In this document: positions 41,581 through 50,592 of the stretch, in pieces
Position numbering within the stretch: position 1 is the first letter of the stretch
Layout: every line of letters starts with the position of its first letter
Origin: an uncultured Thermoleophilia bacterium
GTDB taxonomy: Bacteria > Actinomycetota > Thermoleophilia > UBA2241
Assembly (NCBI GenBank): GCA_963832655.1
Contig: CAWHUW010000005.1
Coordinates: forward strand, 342,359 to 406,358
DNA length: 64,000 bases
Direction of reading: 5' to 3'
The notes under the pieces: generated by a model
The model's input: only the letters and a program-made list of their open reading frames with translations
The model's database searches: none
Told to the model about the DNA's origin: nothing
Program-made: the position numbers and the translations under genes

Positions 41581-43945
41581 ATGGAATCGCGCTCGTTCGC
41601 GACCGTGGGCGCGGTGACGCGGCGAAAGGACGGGCTGGCGAAGGTCACGGGTGGCGAGGTCTACCCGTCCGACATGATCCTGCCCTATATGCTTGCACGC
41701 ACGCGTCCTGCGGAGCCCCCATCCCCACGCCCGGATCGTGTCGATCGACACGACCGAGGCGGAGAAGATGGGGGCCGTCTGCATCACCGCCGACGACGTG
41801 CCGCAGAAGCGGTACAACGAGCGCCAGGTGAGCATCCCGGCCAAGACCTACCGCGACCGGACCGTCCTGCCGCACGTGGTACGTCAGGTCGGCGAGGGCG
41901 TCGCGGCGGTGGCGGCCAGGACGGAGGCTTTGGCGGAGCGGGCGCTCCGCGCCATCAAGGTCGAGTACGAGGTGCTGCCCGCCGTGTTCGACCCCTACAA
42001 GGCGATGGAGCCCGACGCCCCGCGGCTCTACGAGGACGTCATGCTCGGCGACGTCGAGCTGCCCATCGAGCGCAACATCGCCTGCGAGCGCCAGGTGTCG
42101 GTAGGCGACGTCAACGTGGGCTTCGCCGAAGCCGACCTCGTGGTGGAGCGCGAGTACCAGACCGGCCGCGTCTACCACGCGCAGATGGAGCCCAAGTCCG
42201 TCATGTGCCGGCCGCAGGCGGACGGCGGTATCGAGCTCTGGGCCACGGCGCAGTCGATCCACAACACCCGCCAGCTCCTGGGCCGGATATTCGACATCCC
42301 CCTGAGCAAGGTGATCGTCCATCGCTCCTCCATCGGAGGCGCGTTCGGCTCGAGCATCCAGATGAACACGCCGATCGCCATCTGCGTGGCGCTCGCCCTC
42401 AAGGCGCGCAAACCGGTCAAGCTCGTGCTTACGCGCGAGGAGGACATGTACGACCACTGCAAGTACCCCGCCATCATCAGGCTGAGGTACGGCGTCAAGA
42501 ACGACGGCACGATCGTCGCCGGCGAGCTGAAGACGCTCGTGGACGTGGGCAGTCATAACATCCAGGGCTATCCGCTGCTCGGCTGTATGTCGGGCTGGTT
42601 CGTCTCGCTGTACCGCATGCCGCACATGAATTTCGAGGGAACGGCGGTGTACACCAACAAGGCGCCGGCGTGCGCCATGCAGGGCTACGGCAACCCGGAC
42701 GTGTCGTTCGCCGTCGAGTCGCACATCGACATCATCGCCGAGAAGCTGGGGATGGACCCGATCCAGCTGCGGATCAAGAACTACGTGGGCCTGGGCGAGA
42801 CGTTCTGGGGCCAGGGACCGACGGTGCGGTCCATCATCCGCAGCTGCGGCGTCGAGGAGATGCTCGAGAAGGGCGCGCCGATGATCGGCTGGAGCGAGCG
42901 CGGGCGTCCCGAAGAGAAGACCGGTCGCTTCCGGCGCGGCATCGGCGTGGGGCGGACGTTCCACACTTCGGGGACCGGCGCCGCCATGCCCGGCGAGGTG
43001 ATCGACTACTCCACCGCGATGGTGAAGGTGAACGAGGACGGCTCCGTCGACTTCTCGACCGCGCTCATGTGCCACGGAGGCGGCACGCTCGACGCCTGCG
43101 CCAAGTTCGTGGCCGAGGAGATGGGCGTGCCGTTCGACAAGGTCGGCATCTCTCCCGCGAGCACCACCGACACCGGCTACGACGTCTGCACGCACGCCAC
43201 CCGCGGCGTCTACTGCGGCGGCGGGTCGGTCGTCGAAGCGGCGCGCTCCGCCAAGGCGCGCCTGCTCGAGTTCGCCTCGCGCCTGATCGACGTCAACCCC
43301 GAGGCGCTGCAGATAGCGCCCGACCCGGAGACGGGGCAGGGCGTCATCTTCCTCGAGGGCGCGGCCGACAAACGGATCACTGTCGCCGAGGTGGCCAAGA
43401 CGGCCCAGCTCAAGGGCTGGGGGACGGCGATCGCCGTCGAGAGCCACCGCATGGTCAACTGCCCGCCGTGCTTCGTGACCAACTTCGTCGAGGTCGAGGT
43501 CGACACCTGGACTGGCGAGGTCGAGGTCACGCGCGCCGTCTGCGCCGTCGACGCCGGCACCGTGGTGAACCCCGACCTGGCCGCCGGTCAGCTCGAGGGA
43601 GGCCTCTGCAGGGGCATCGCGCAGGCGCTCCTCGAAGACACCGACTACCGCCCGGACACCGGCGAGCTCACCTGCGGCGGCACGTACATCGACTACAAGC
43701 TGTACACCGCCGCCGACATGCCGCCCGTCAAGGACGTCAAGACGTTCTTCGCCACCACGTTCGAGCCCTCGGGCCCGTTCGGCGCCAAGGGCATCGGGGA
43801 GGCGGCGAACAACGCGGTGGCCGCCGCCGTGATGAACGCCCTCTCCAACGCGCTCGGCATCCGCTTTCAGTTCATCCCCATCACGCCGGAGATGATCCTG
43901 GCCGCGATCCACGGCTGGTCGTGCCGGGGGGTGATCCCGGAATGA
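41581..43945 (+). pseudogene. Xanthine dehydrogenase family molybdopterin-binding large subunit (set 1), 1-nt frameshift after codon 37
   Basis: The N-terminus MESRSFATVGAVTRRKDGLAKVTGGEVYPSDMILPYM (frame of ORF 41506) continues as LHARVLRSPHPHARIVSID in ORF 41693-43945. One extra base lies between ATG-C-TTG at about 41692. The remaining 750 codons are intact (GGAFGSS, RGIAQAL, GAKGIGEAA). Confidence 0.85.
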
Positions 43946-44832
43946 GCGCGCCGGTCATCAACACGAGGGTCCTGGTCAACGACTTCGAGTACATCCTGGC
44001 GTCATCCCTCGACGAGGTGCTCGCGCTTCTCGACAAGCACGGCGAGGACGCCAAGGTCCTCGCCGGTGGCACGGACCTGGTCATCCAGATGAAGCTGGGC
44101 CGCCGCGCGCCGCGCCTCGTGGTCGACATCTCCAAGCTGGAGGAGCTCAAGCAGCTCGACGTCGGCGAGACGGTCCGCATCGGCGCCGGTCGCCGCTACA
44201 TCGACGTCCTGCGGTTCCTCCGGGAGCTGGGCTGCTACCACGGCCTCGCCGAGGCGATCGAGGGCATCGGCAAGATCCAGGTGCTCGCCGTGGGCACCGT
44301 GGGAGGCAACCTCAGCAACGGGTCGCCCGCGGCGGACACGGCGCCGCCGCTCCTCACCTATGACGCGCGCGTCCGCGTGATGAGCGCCCACGCCGAGCGG
44401 GTCATCCCGCTGCGCGAGTTCTACACGGGCCCCGGCGCGACGGTGATGGCGCCCAACGAGATCATGATCGGGGTCGAGTTCGACGCGTTCCCCGACGGCC
44501 GCGCGGGCGCCTTCCAGAAGATCGCCCGCGTCGCCTGCGACATCTCCAAGCTCACCTGTGCCGTCGCCGTGCAGCGGGACGGCGAGACCTGCACCCACTG
44601 CCGTGTCGCGCTCGGCGCCGTGGCGCCGACCCCGGTGCGGGCGCACGCCGTCGAGGCGGCGCTCGAAGGCCGGCAGATCGACGCGCACGTCGTCAGCGAG
44701 TGCGCCGCCCTCGTCGACGAGGACATCTCCCCGATCAACGACATCAGGTGCGGCGAGCTCTACCGCAGGGAGGCAGCCGGGGTCCTGTTCAGAGATGCTT
44801 TCGCGACAGCATGGGAGCGTGCAAGATGCTGA
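43942..44832 (+). CDS. Molybdenum hydroxylase FAD-binding medium subunit (set 1)
   Basis: Motifs LAGGTDLVIQMK, VGTVGGNLSNGSPAADTAP and a CO-dehydrogenase flavoprotein C-domain. The ATG overlaps the upstream stop (ATGA). Confidence 0.85.
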   Translation: MSAPVINTRVLVNDFEYILASSLDEVLALLDKHGEDAKVLAGGTDLVIQMKLGRRAPRLVVDISKLEELKQLDVGETVRIGAGRRYIDVLRFLRELGCYHGLAEAIEGIGKIQVLAVGTVGGNLSNGSPAADTAPPLLTYDARVRVMSAHAERVIPLREFYTGPGATVMAPNEIMIGVEFDAFPDGRAGAFQKIARVACDISKLTCAVAVQRDGETCTHCRVALGAVAPTPVRAHAVEAALEGRQIDAHVVSECAALVDEDISPINDIRCGELYRREAAGVLFRDAFATAWERARC

Positions 44833-45356
44833 CCACCTGCTCCAACGCCATCGTCCTCAACGTCAACGGCGAGGACCACATGCTCGTGGTCGAGCCCAAC
44901 GAGCTGCTCATCAACGTGCTGCGCAACGAGCTCGGTCTGACCGGCGCCAAGTACGGCTGCGGCACGGGCCAATGCGGCGCCTGCACCGTGCTCGTCGACG
45001 GCGAGCCCGTGCTGAGCTGTATCACCCTCGCGGTCGCCGTCGACGGCAAGGAGATCGTCACGATCGAAGGGGTGGCCGGGCCCAACGGAGAGCTCACCCC
45101 GATCCAGGAGGAGTTCCTCGACGAGAACGCCGTGCAGTGCGGCTTCTGCACTCCCGGCATGATCCTTGTGGCGGGCGACCTGCTGCGCCGCAATCCCCAC
45201 CCCACCGAGAGCGAGATCCGCCACCACATCAAGGGCAACATCTGCCGCTGCACCGGCTACAACGGCATCGTGCGCGCGATCCAGAAGACCGCGAAGCTGC
45301 AGGAAGAGCTGGGCGGCGACGGCATCGCCGACCGGGAGAAGGAGGTCTCGCGGTGA
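44826..45356 (+). CDS. Molybdenum hydroxylase (2Fe-2S) small subunit (set 1)
   Basis: Motifs CGTGQCGACTV, CGFCTPGM and CRCTGY. Confidence 0.9.
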   Translation: MLTTCSNAIVLNVNGEDHMLVVEPNELLINVLRNELGLTGAKYGCGTGQCGACTVLVDGEPVLSCITLAVAVDGKEIVTIEGVAGPNGELTPIQEEFLDENAVQCGFCTPGMILVAGDLLRRNPHPTESEIRHHIKGNICRCTGYNGIVRAIQKTAKLQEELGGDGIADREKEVSR

Positions 45357-46291
45357 CTGACACGCGCTATCTGCGCCCCCGGAGCCTGAAGGAAGCGCTG
45401 GAGATGATGGGGGAGCACTGGCCCGGGGCGAAGCTCCTGGCAGGCGGGACCGATCTGATCCCGCTCTTCCGCGCGGCGAAGTACTCCAGCGACTCGAGCT
45501 CGGCCAGCCTGGGCCTACAGGGCGGCTGCAAGTGCGGTGATTGCCGGATAGAACCCTTCCCCGACGTGCTCGTCGACGTCGGCGACCTGGATGAGATCAA
45601 GGGGATACGCAGGAACGATGGCGTTCTCGAAGTCGGAGCTGCGACCGTCATCGCCGATATCGCCTCGGATCCGCTTCTGAACGAGACGGTCCCTATCCTG
45701 GCCGATGCGGCCAGGTCTATCGGCAACCCTCTCGTCAGGAATCGGGCCACGATCGGGGGCAACCTTGCCACTGCCGCCCCCTGCGCCGATACGGCGCCAC
45801 CTCTCCTCGCCCTCGATGCGATCGTCCAACTGGCGAGCCCTGAAGGCCGACGAGAGATGCCCATAGCGGACTACTTCCTCGAGTACCGGACCACCAGCCT
45901 TCGGGAGACCGAGATGATCGAAGGTCTCCTCATTCCCATCCCTTCGGAGGAGTGGGCTGGAGGCTTCGAGAAGGTCAGATTGAGGAGGTCCGGCGCCATC
46001 AGCGTCGCGTCCGTCGCCGCGATGGTGCAGTCAGACGGAGCGACGTGTCTGAGCGCGAGGGTCGCCCTGGGCTCGGTCGCGCCGATCCCGCTGCGCGCGG
46101 CGGCCGTCGAGGCGGCCCTCGAGGGACGGCGCATCGACGCTGAACTCGTCATGGACTGCAGCAGGCTCGTGCAACAGCACATCTCCCCCATCGACGATCT
46201 CCGCGGCTCAGCCGAGTACCGGAGATGGGTGACGGAGGCGGTCGTCGCTCGGACCCTCTTGAGGGCGGCCGGGATCGAGGGGACGAACTGA
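45353..46291 (+). CDS. Molybdenum hydroxylase FAD-binding medium subunit (set 2) with a Cys-rich insert
   Basis: Motifs LAGGTDLIPLFR and ATIGGNLATAAPCADTAP. GTG 45353 overlaps the upstream stop (GTGA) and follows GAGAAGGAGG. An extra segment, YSSDSSSASLGLQGGCKCGDCRIEPF, lies after the first FAD motif. Confidence 0.85.
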   Translation: MTDTRYLRPRSLKEALEMMGEHWPGAKLLAGGTDLIPLFRAAKYSSDSSSASLGLQGGCKCGDCRIEPFPDVLVDVGDLDEIKGIRRNDGVLEVGAATVIADIASDPLLNETVPILADAARSIGNPLVRNRATIGGNLATAAPCADTAPPLLALDAIVQLASPEGRREMPIADYFLEYRTTSLRETEMIEGLLIPIPSEEWAGGFEKVRLRRSGAISVASVAAMVQSDGATCLSARVALGSVAPIPLRAAAVEAALEGRRIDAELVMDCSRLVQQHISPIDDLRGSAEYRRWVTEAVVARTLLRAAGIEGTN

Positions 46292-46779
46292 TGGGAAGCT
46301 ACAGCATTGCGATCAGTGTGAACGGTCAGTGGATGAAGACAGAAGTGACCGCCCTCGACACGCTTCTGGAGGTCCTGCGCAGCAAGTTCGGGGCGCTCGA
46401 CGTGAAGAGCGGCTGTGGCCAGGGCGATTGCGGGGTCTGCACGGTGCTCCTCGACGGCGTCGCCGTCAATTCCTGCCTGACCCTGGCCGTTCAGGCCGAC
46501 GGCAGAGAAGTGACGACGCTGAAGGGGCTGGGCACGCCCGACGACCCCCACCCTCTGCAGGAGAGCTTCGTGAGGCACGGCGCGATCCAGTGCGGCTTCT
46601 GCACGTCGGGGATGGTGCTCACCGCCAAGGCCCTTCTCGACGAGAACCCGACTCCGTCGCGGAGCGAGATAAGGGAAGCCATCTCCGGCAACATCTGCCG
46701 GTGCACGGGCTACACGAAGATCGTCGACGCGATCGAGGACGTGGCCGGGCAGCGCGAGCGCGTGGGGAGGCGGTCCTGA
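46291..46779 (+). CDS. Molybdenum hydroxylase (2Fe-2S) small subunit (set 2)
   Basis: Motifs CGQGDCGVCTV, CGFCTSGM and CRCTGY. The ATG shares one base with the upstream TGA. Confidence 0.9.
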   Translation: MGSYSIAISVNGQWMKTEVTALDTLLEVLRSKFGALDVKSGCGQGDCGVCTVLLDGVAVNSCLTLAVQADGREVTTLKGLGTPDDPHPLQESFVRHGAIQCGFCTSGMVLTAKALLDENPTPSRSEIREAISGNICRCTGYTKIVDAIEDVAGQRERVGRRS

Positions 46780-49208
46780 TGGCGACCACGATCCAGACTC
46801 CTGGCCACGAGACCGTCTCGCCGCCGGCAGACGCCCAGGGGTCCGCGTACAAGATCATCGGGCGGCCCATGCCGCGTCACGACGCTCGTGACAAGGTGTT
46901 CGGCCAGACGAAGTACGCCGACGACTTCGAGTTGCCCGGGATGCTCTACGGCAAGGTGCTGCGCAGCGAGCACCCAGCCGCGAGGCTGCTCGCGATCGAC
47001 ACCAGCGTCGCCGAGCACATGCCCGGCGTGCGGGCGGTGCTCACGGCCAAGGACGTCCCCTGCAACGAGACCACCAGCAAGTTCGGGCAGACCCACTCGG
47101 CCGGCGGGTTCGAGGGCCTTTACCGCGTCCTCGCGGACGGCAAGGTCCGCTATATGGGCGAGGCGGTGGCGCTCGTCGCGGCCGAGACTCTGGAGCAGGC
47201 GGAACGCGCAGCCAGAGCCATCCGCGTCGACTACGAGCCGCTGCCGGGGGTGTTCGATCCCATCGAGGCCATGAAGCCGGACGCCTACCGGGTCGGAGAA
47301 GAAGACACGAACGTCGTCTGCACCTACAAGGTCCGCAAGGGAGACGCCGAGCAGGCCCTCGAGGACGCGGACGTCGTCGTGGAGAACACCTACCGCGTCC
47401 CGTTCGGGGACCACGCGTACCTCGAGCCTGAATCCGGCGTCGCCTGGATCGACGAGGACGGGGTCATCACCATCCGGGCCTCGACTCAGGTCATCGAGCA
47501 CTTCCGCGATGTCGCCGACATCCTGAAGGTACCCCACAACAAGGTGAGGGTCATCGCCCCCATGCTGGGCGGCGGGTTCGGCGGCAAGGAGGACATCACC
47601 GTCGAGGCCTACCTCGCGCTGCTGACGAACAAGACCAAACGTCCGGTGAAGCTGACGTACACGAGGGAGGAGTCCCTTCTCGCCCACTCCAAACGTCATC
47701 CGTACTTCATGACGTACCGGACGGGAGCCAGGGCGGACGGCACGCTGGTCGCGATGGAGGCCGAGCTCGTCTCCGACGCGGGAGGCTACGCCTTCCTGAG
47801 CCCTTGGGTCCTGCTCTACTCCACCGTCTGCGCGACGGGGCCGTACAAGATGCCGCACGTGAAGGTCGACAGCTACGCGGTCCTCACCAACAACACCTTC
47901 ACCAGCGCCTATCGAGGCTTCGGCGCGCCGCAGGTGTGCTTCGCCTACGAGCTCCAGATGGATGCGCTGGCCGCCAAGCTGGGCCTCTCGCCGCTGGAGT
48001 TCCGCCGGCGCAACTACCTCCATACCGGGGACGAGACGGGGACGGGCCACGCCGTGCAGACCGCAGTCTGGACCGACGAGACGGCCCAGCAGGCGCTGGC
48101 GGCGCTGGGTGAGCCGTCACCGCCACGGTCGTCGCGGGAGAGGGTCGGCCGGGGGCTGGCGTCGGGCATGCAGAGCTACGGCAGACTGATCTACATGCAC
48201 GATTCCTCGCGCTCGTTCGTCGGCTTCGAACTGGACGGCACGGTCGTGGTGCGCTGCGGTGTCCAGGACATCGGAGGCGGTCAGGCGTCCTCTCTCGCTC
48301 AGATCGCGGCAGAGGTGCTGGGCGTCACGATGGACGACGTGACGGTCTACTTCGGCGACACCGCGTTGACGCCGCTGGCCGGCACGACGACCGCCACGCG
48401 TCAGCTCTACATGTCGGGCAATGCGACGCTGAAGGCCGCGAGGGCCGTGAGGGACGAGCTGGCCAGGAAGGCCGGCGAGATCCTCGGCGTCGACCCCGAG
48501 CGGCTCGAGTTGAGAGACAAGGCGTTTCACGTGCTCCCGGCCGACGGACTCGAGGTCGCTGCGGGGGGTAAGGGTCAGGACGCGCTCCAGTCCGGACAGT
48601 TGCCGCTGAGAGAGGCGCTGAAGGCTTGCGCCTCGGCAGGGGTGCCGCTGGGCAACCTCGCGCAGTTCAACGCGCCCGCTCGGGAGGTGGGCGACGTGCA
48701 GAACGTGCACGGCCAGATCTTCCCGGACTTCACTTTCGGCACGCACGCCGCGGAGGTGGCCGTCGACATCGACACGGGGCAGGTCGAGGTGCTCAAGTTC
48801 GTGGCGTCGTTCGACGTGGGGCAGACGATCAACCGGCTGAGTGCCGAAGGCCAGCTCGAAGGGGGGTCCGTCTGTGGACTGGGCTACGCTCTCCTCGAGG
48901 ACCTCAAGCTGAGCGAAGGAAGGACGGTCACGTCGGCGCTCGACACCTATCTCGTGCCGACGTCCATGGATACCCCCGACGTGGTCCCGATCCTGATCGA
49001 GTCCAAGGGAGGTGTGGGGCCGTTCGGCGCCAAGGGCATCGGCGAGCCTTCGTCGACGTCCGGCGCACCGGCGATCGTCAACGCGGTCGCCGACGCGATC
49101 GGCATCTGGATCACCGAGCTCCCGGTCACTCCGGAAAGGGTGCTCAGGGCGCTGAGGGAACGCGACGATGAAGCAGGGCATTCTTCGCAGGGAGACCGTG
49201 CGCCGTAG
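46779..49208 (+). CDS. Xanthine dehydrogenase family molybdopterin-binding large subunit (set 2)
   Basis: Motifs RHDARDKVFGQTKYADD, MLGGGFGGKED, YRGFGAPQ, GGGQASSL and GAKGIGEPS. The ATG shares one base with the upstream TGA. Confidence 0.9.
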   Translation: MATTIQTPGHETVSPPADAQGSAYKIIGRPMPRHDARDKVFGQTKYADDFELPGMLYGKVLRSEHPAARLLAIDTSVAEHMPGVRAVLTAKDVPCNETTSKFGQTHSAGGFEGLYRVLADGKVRYMGEAVALVAAETLEQAERAARAIRVDYEPLPGVFDPIEAMKPDAYRVGEEDTNVVCTYKVRKGDAEQALEDADVVVENTYRVPFGDHAYLEPESGVAWIDEDGVITIRASTQVIEHFRDVADILKVPHNKVRVIAPMLGGGFGGKEDITVEAYLALLTNKTKRPVKLTYTREESLLAHSKRHPYFMTYRTGARADGTLVAMEAELVSDAGGYAFLSPWVLLYSTVCATGPYKMPHVKVDSYAVLTNNTFTSAYRGFGAPQVCFAYELQMDALAAKLGLSPLEFRRRNYLHTGDETGTGHAVQTAVWTDETAQQALAALGEPSPPRSSRERVGRGLASGMQSYGRLIYMHDSSRSFVGFELDGTVVVRCGVQDIGGGQASSLAQIAAEVLGVTMDDVTVYFGDTALTPLAGTTTATRQLYMSGNATLKAARAVRDELARKAGEILGVDPERLELRDKAFHVLPADGLEVAAGGKGQDALQSGQLPLREALKACASAGVPLGNLAQFNAPAREVGDVQNVHGQIFPDFTFGTHAAEVAVDIDTGQVEVLKFVASFDVGQTINRLSAEGQLEGGSVCGLGYALLEDLKLSEGRTVTSALDTYLVPTSMDTPDVVPILIESKGGVGPFGAKGIGEPSSTSGAPAIVNAVADAIGIWITELPVTPERVLRALRERDDEAGHSSQGDRAP

Positions 49209-49266
49209 ACGCTGGTGAGCTCCGAGCACTCCCGTGCAGCCGATGGCCGCGCGACGAGGCCGAACG

Positions 49267-49926
49267 TCAGCGCCCGTTGGGCGGATCGCCCAAGGACGCG
49301 GAACCCAGAAGGCGTGAGGCGAAGTCGAGGCACAGACCCTCGGCCATCGACACCGTGACGCCCTCGATTCCGATGAGGCAGTGCAGCCAGGCGCCTTCCA
49401 TCATGGCGATGAGGCCCCTGCCCGCGGCCGCGGTGTCGACGTCGTGGCGCTCACCGGCGGCGGCATCGATGAGCCTGCCGAGGTAGGCGCCGATCTCCTC
49501 GTAGAGCGCGTTGTTCAGCCGTGCGATCTCGTCGTCGCTGCGCGCCAGCGCCCAGAACCCGAGCCAGGCATACTGGTAGTCGCGAGCGCCCTTCAGCCGC
49601 TCGAACATCGGCAGGATCGCCTGGCGCAGGCGGAGCACGGGGTCGGCCTCGGCCTCCGTCTCGTCGTCGAACATCCCCAGCATCCGGCGGAAGTTGTCGG
49701 CGAGAAGCTGGAACGCTTCAGAAAGAAGACGGTTCTTGCTGCCGTAGTAGTGGCGCACCAGACCCCGCGACACGCCCGCCCTGTGGGTGATGCGTTCGAT
49801 GGATGCCCCTGCGACTCCGTCGTTGGCCATCGAGGCGATGGTCGCCTCGAGGAGGCGGAGACGCATCTGCTCGCCGCGCTCGGCCCTGGTCGGGGAGGCG
49901 GCGGCTGGTGCCTTCTCTGCGGTCAT
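49267..49926 (-). CDS. TetR/AcrR family transcriptional regulator (BetI-like)
   Basis: HTH segment ASIERITHRAGVSRGLVRHYYGSKNRLL. Confidence 0.85.
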   Translation of the reverse strand: MTAEKAPAAASPTRAERGEQMRLRLLEATIASMANDGVAGASIERITHRAGVSRGLVRHYYGSKNRLLSEAFQLLADNFRRMLGMFDDETEAEADPVLRLRQAILPMFERLKGARDYQYAWLGFWALARSDDEIARLNNALYEEIGAYLGRLIDAAAGERHDVDTAAAGRGLIAMMEGAWLHCLIGIEGVTVSMAEGLCLDFASRLLGSASLGDPPNGR

Positions 49927-50131
49927 AGTCGCAGCATATCAATCGCTCGGCGAGCTGGTCACCACCCCCGAGCATCGCGGGGTCCCGTGAGGAAGACACG
50001 GCCGAACCCTTCCCGGTCTTGTCATACATAGAGCGAGCGTCTGACTATCGCGTGTGGGGGGTCGGGCCGTTGACCCCGCGCCCGAGTCCCTCGACGGAGC
50101 ACGCCCAGGCAGCGATCGAGGGACGAACGCC

Positions 50132-50592
50132 ATGAGCACGACCGACGGACGCTACGGGCGCCGTGGCAGCGTCCGTGGCCGAGCCGAGGGCACGGTGCTT
50201 CGCTCGTCCCATGGCATCTGCTTCTGCCTCGTGGAGCCGGAGTCGGGTGTGATGACGGAGAAAGGGCACCCGCTCAACGGCAGGTCCACGGCCGGCGCAG
50301 TCCTCGTCCTCCCGATGAGCAAGGGTGGCTCGGTCTTGCCGCTTGACGGCCTGTATCAGCTCGTGAAGCATGGGGTGGCACCCCGGGCCATGGTCGTCCA
50401 GAGCCCCGACACCGTGCTGGTGGCCTGCGCCGTGATCATGGAGATCCCCTTGGTCACGGAGGTGGACGCCACGTTCCACGAGCACGTGTCCGATGGTCAG
50501 CAGGTCGCCGTGGAGGCGGACGAGGGATGGCTCGTCGTCCCGCAGGACCGCACGGCCGATCTGGCAATCTCAACCGGGAGCCGGACAGATGA
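50132..50592 (+). CDS. DUF126 (aconitase X swivel-domain / AcnX small-subunit-like) protein; 3' end uncertain
   Basis: GRAEGTVLRSSHGICFCLVEPESGVMTEKGHPLNGRSTAGAVLVLPMSKGGSV and GVAPRAMVV..DTVLVACAVIMEIPLV fit DUF126. The reading frame has no stop until 51298. A TGA in the +1 frame at 50590-50592 overlaps the next ATG (ATGA), which suggests an indel near 50520-50590. Confidence 0.55.
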
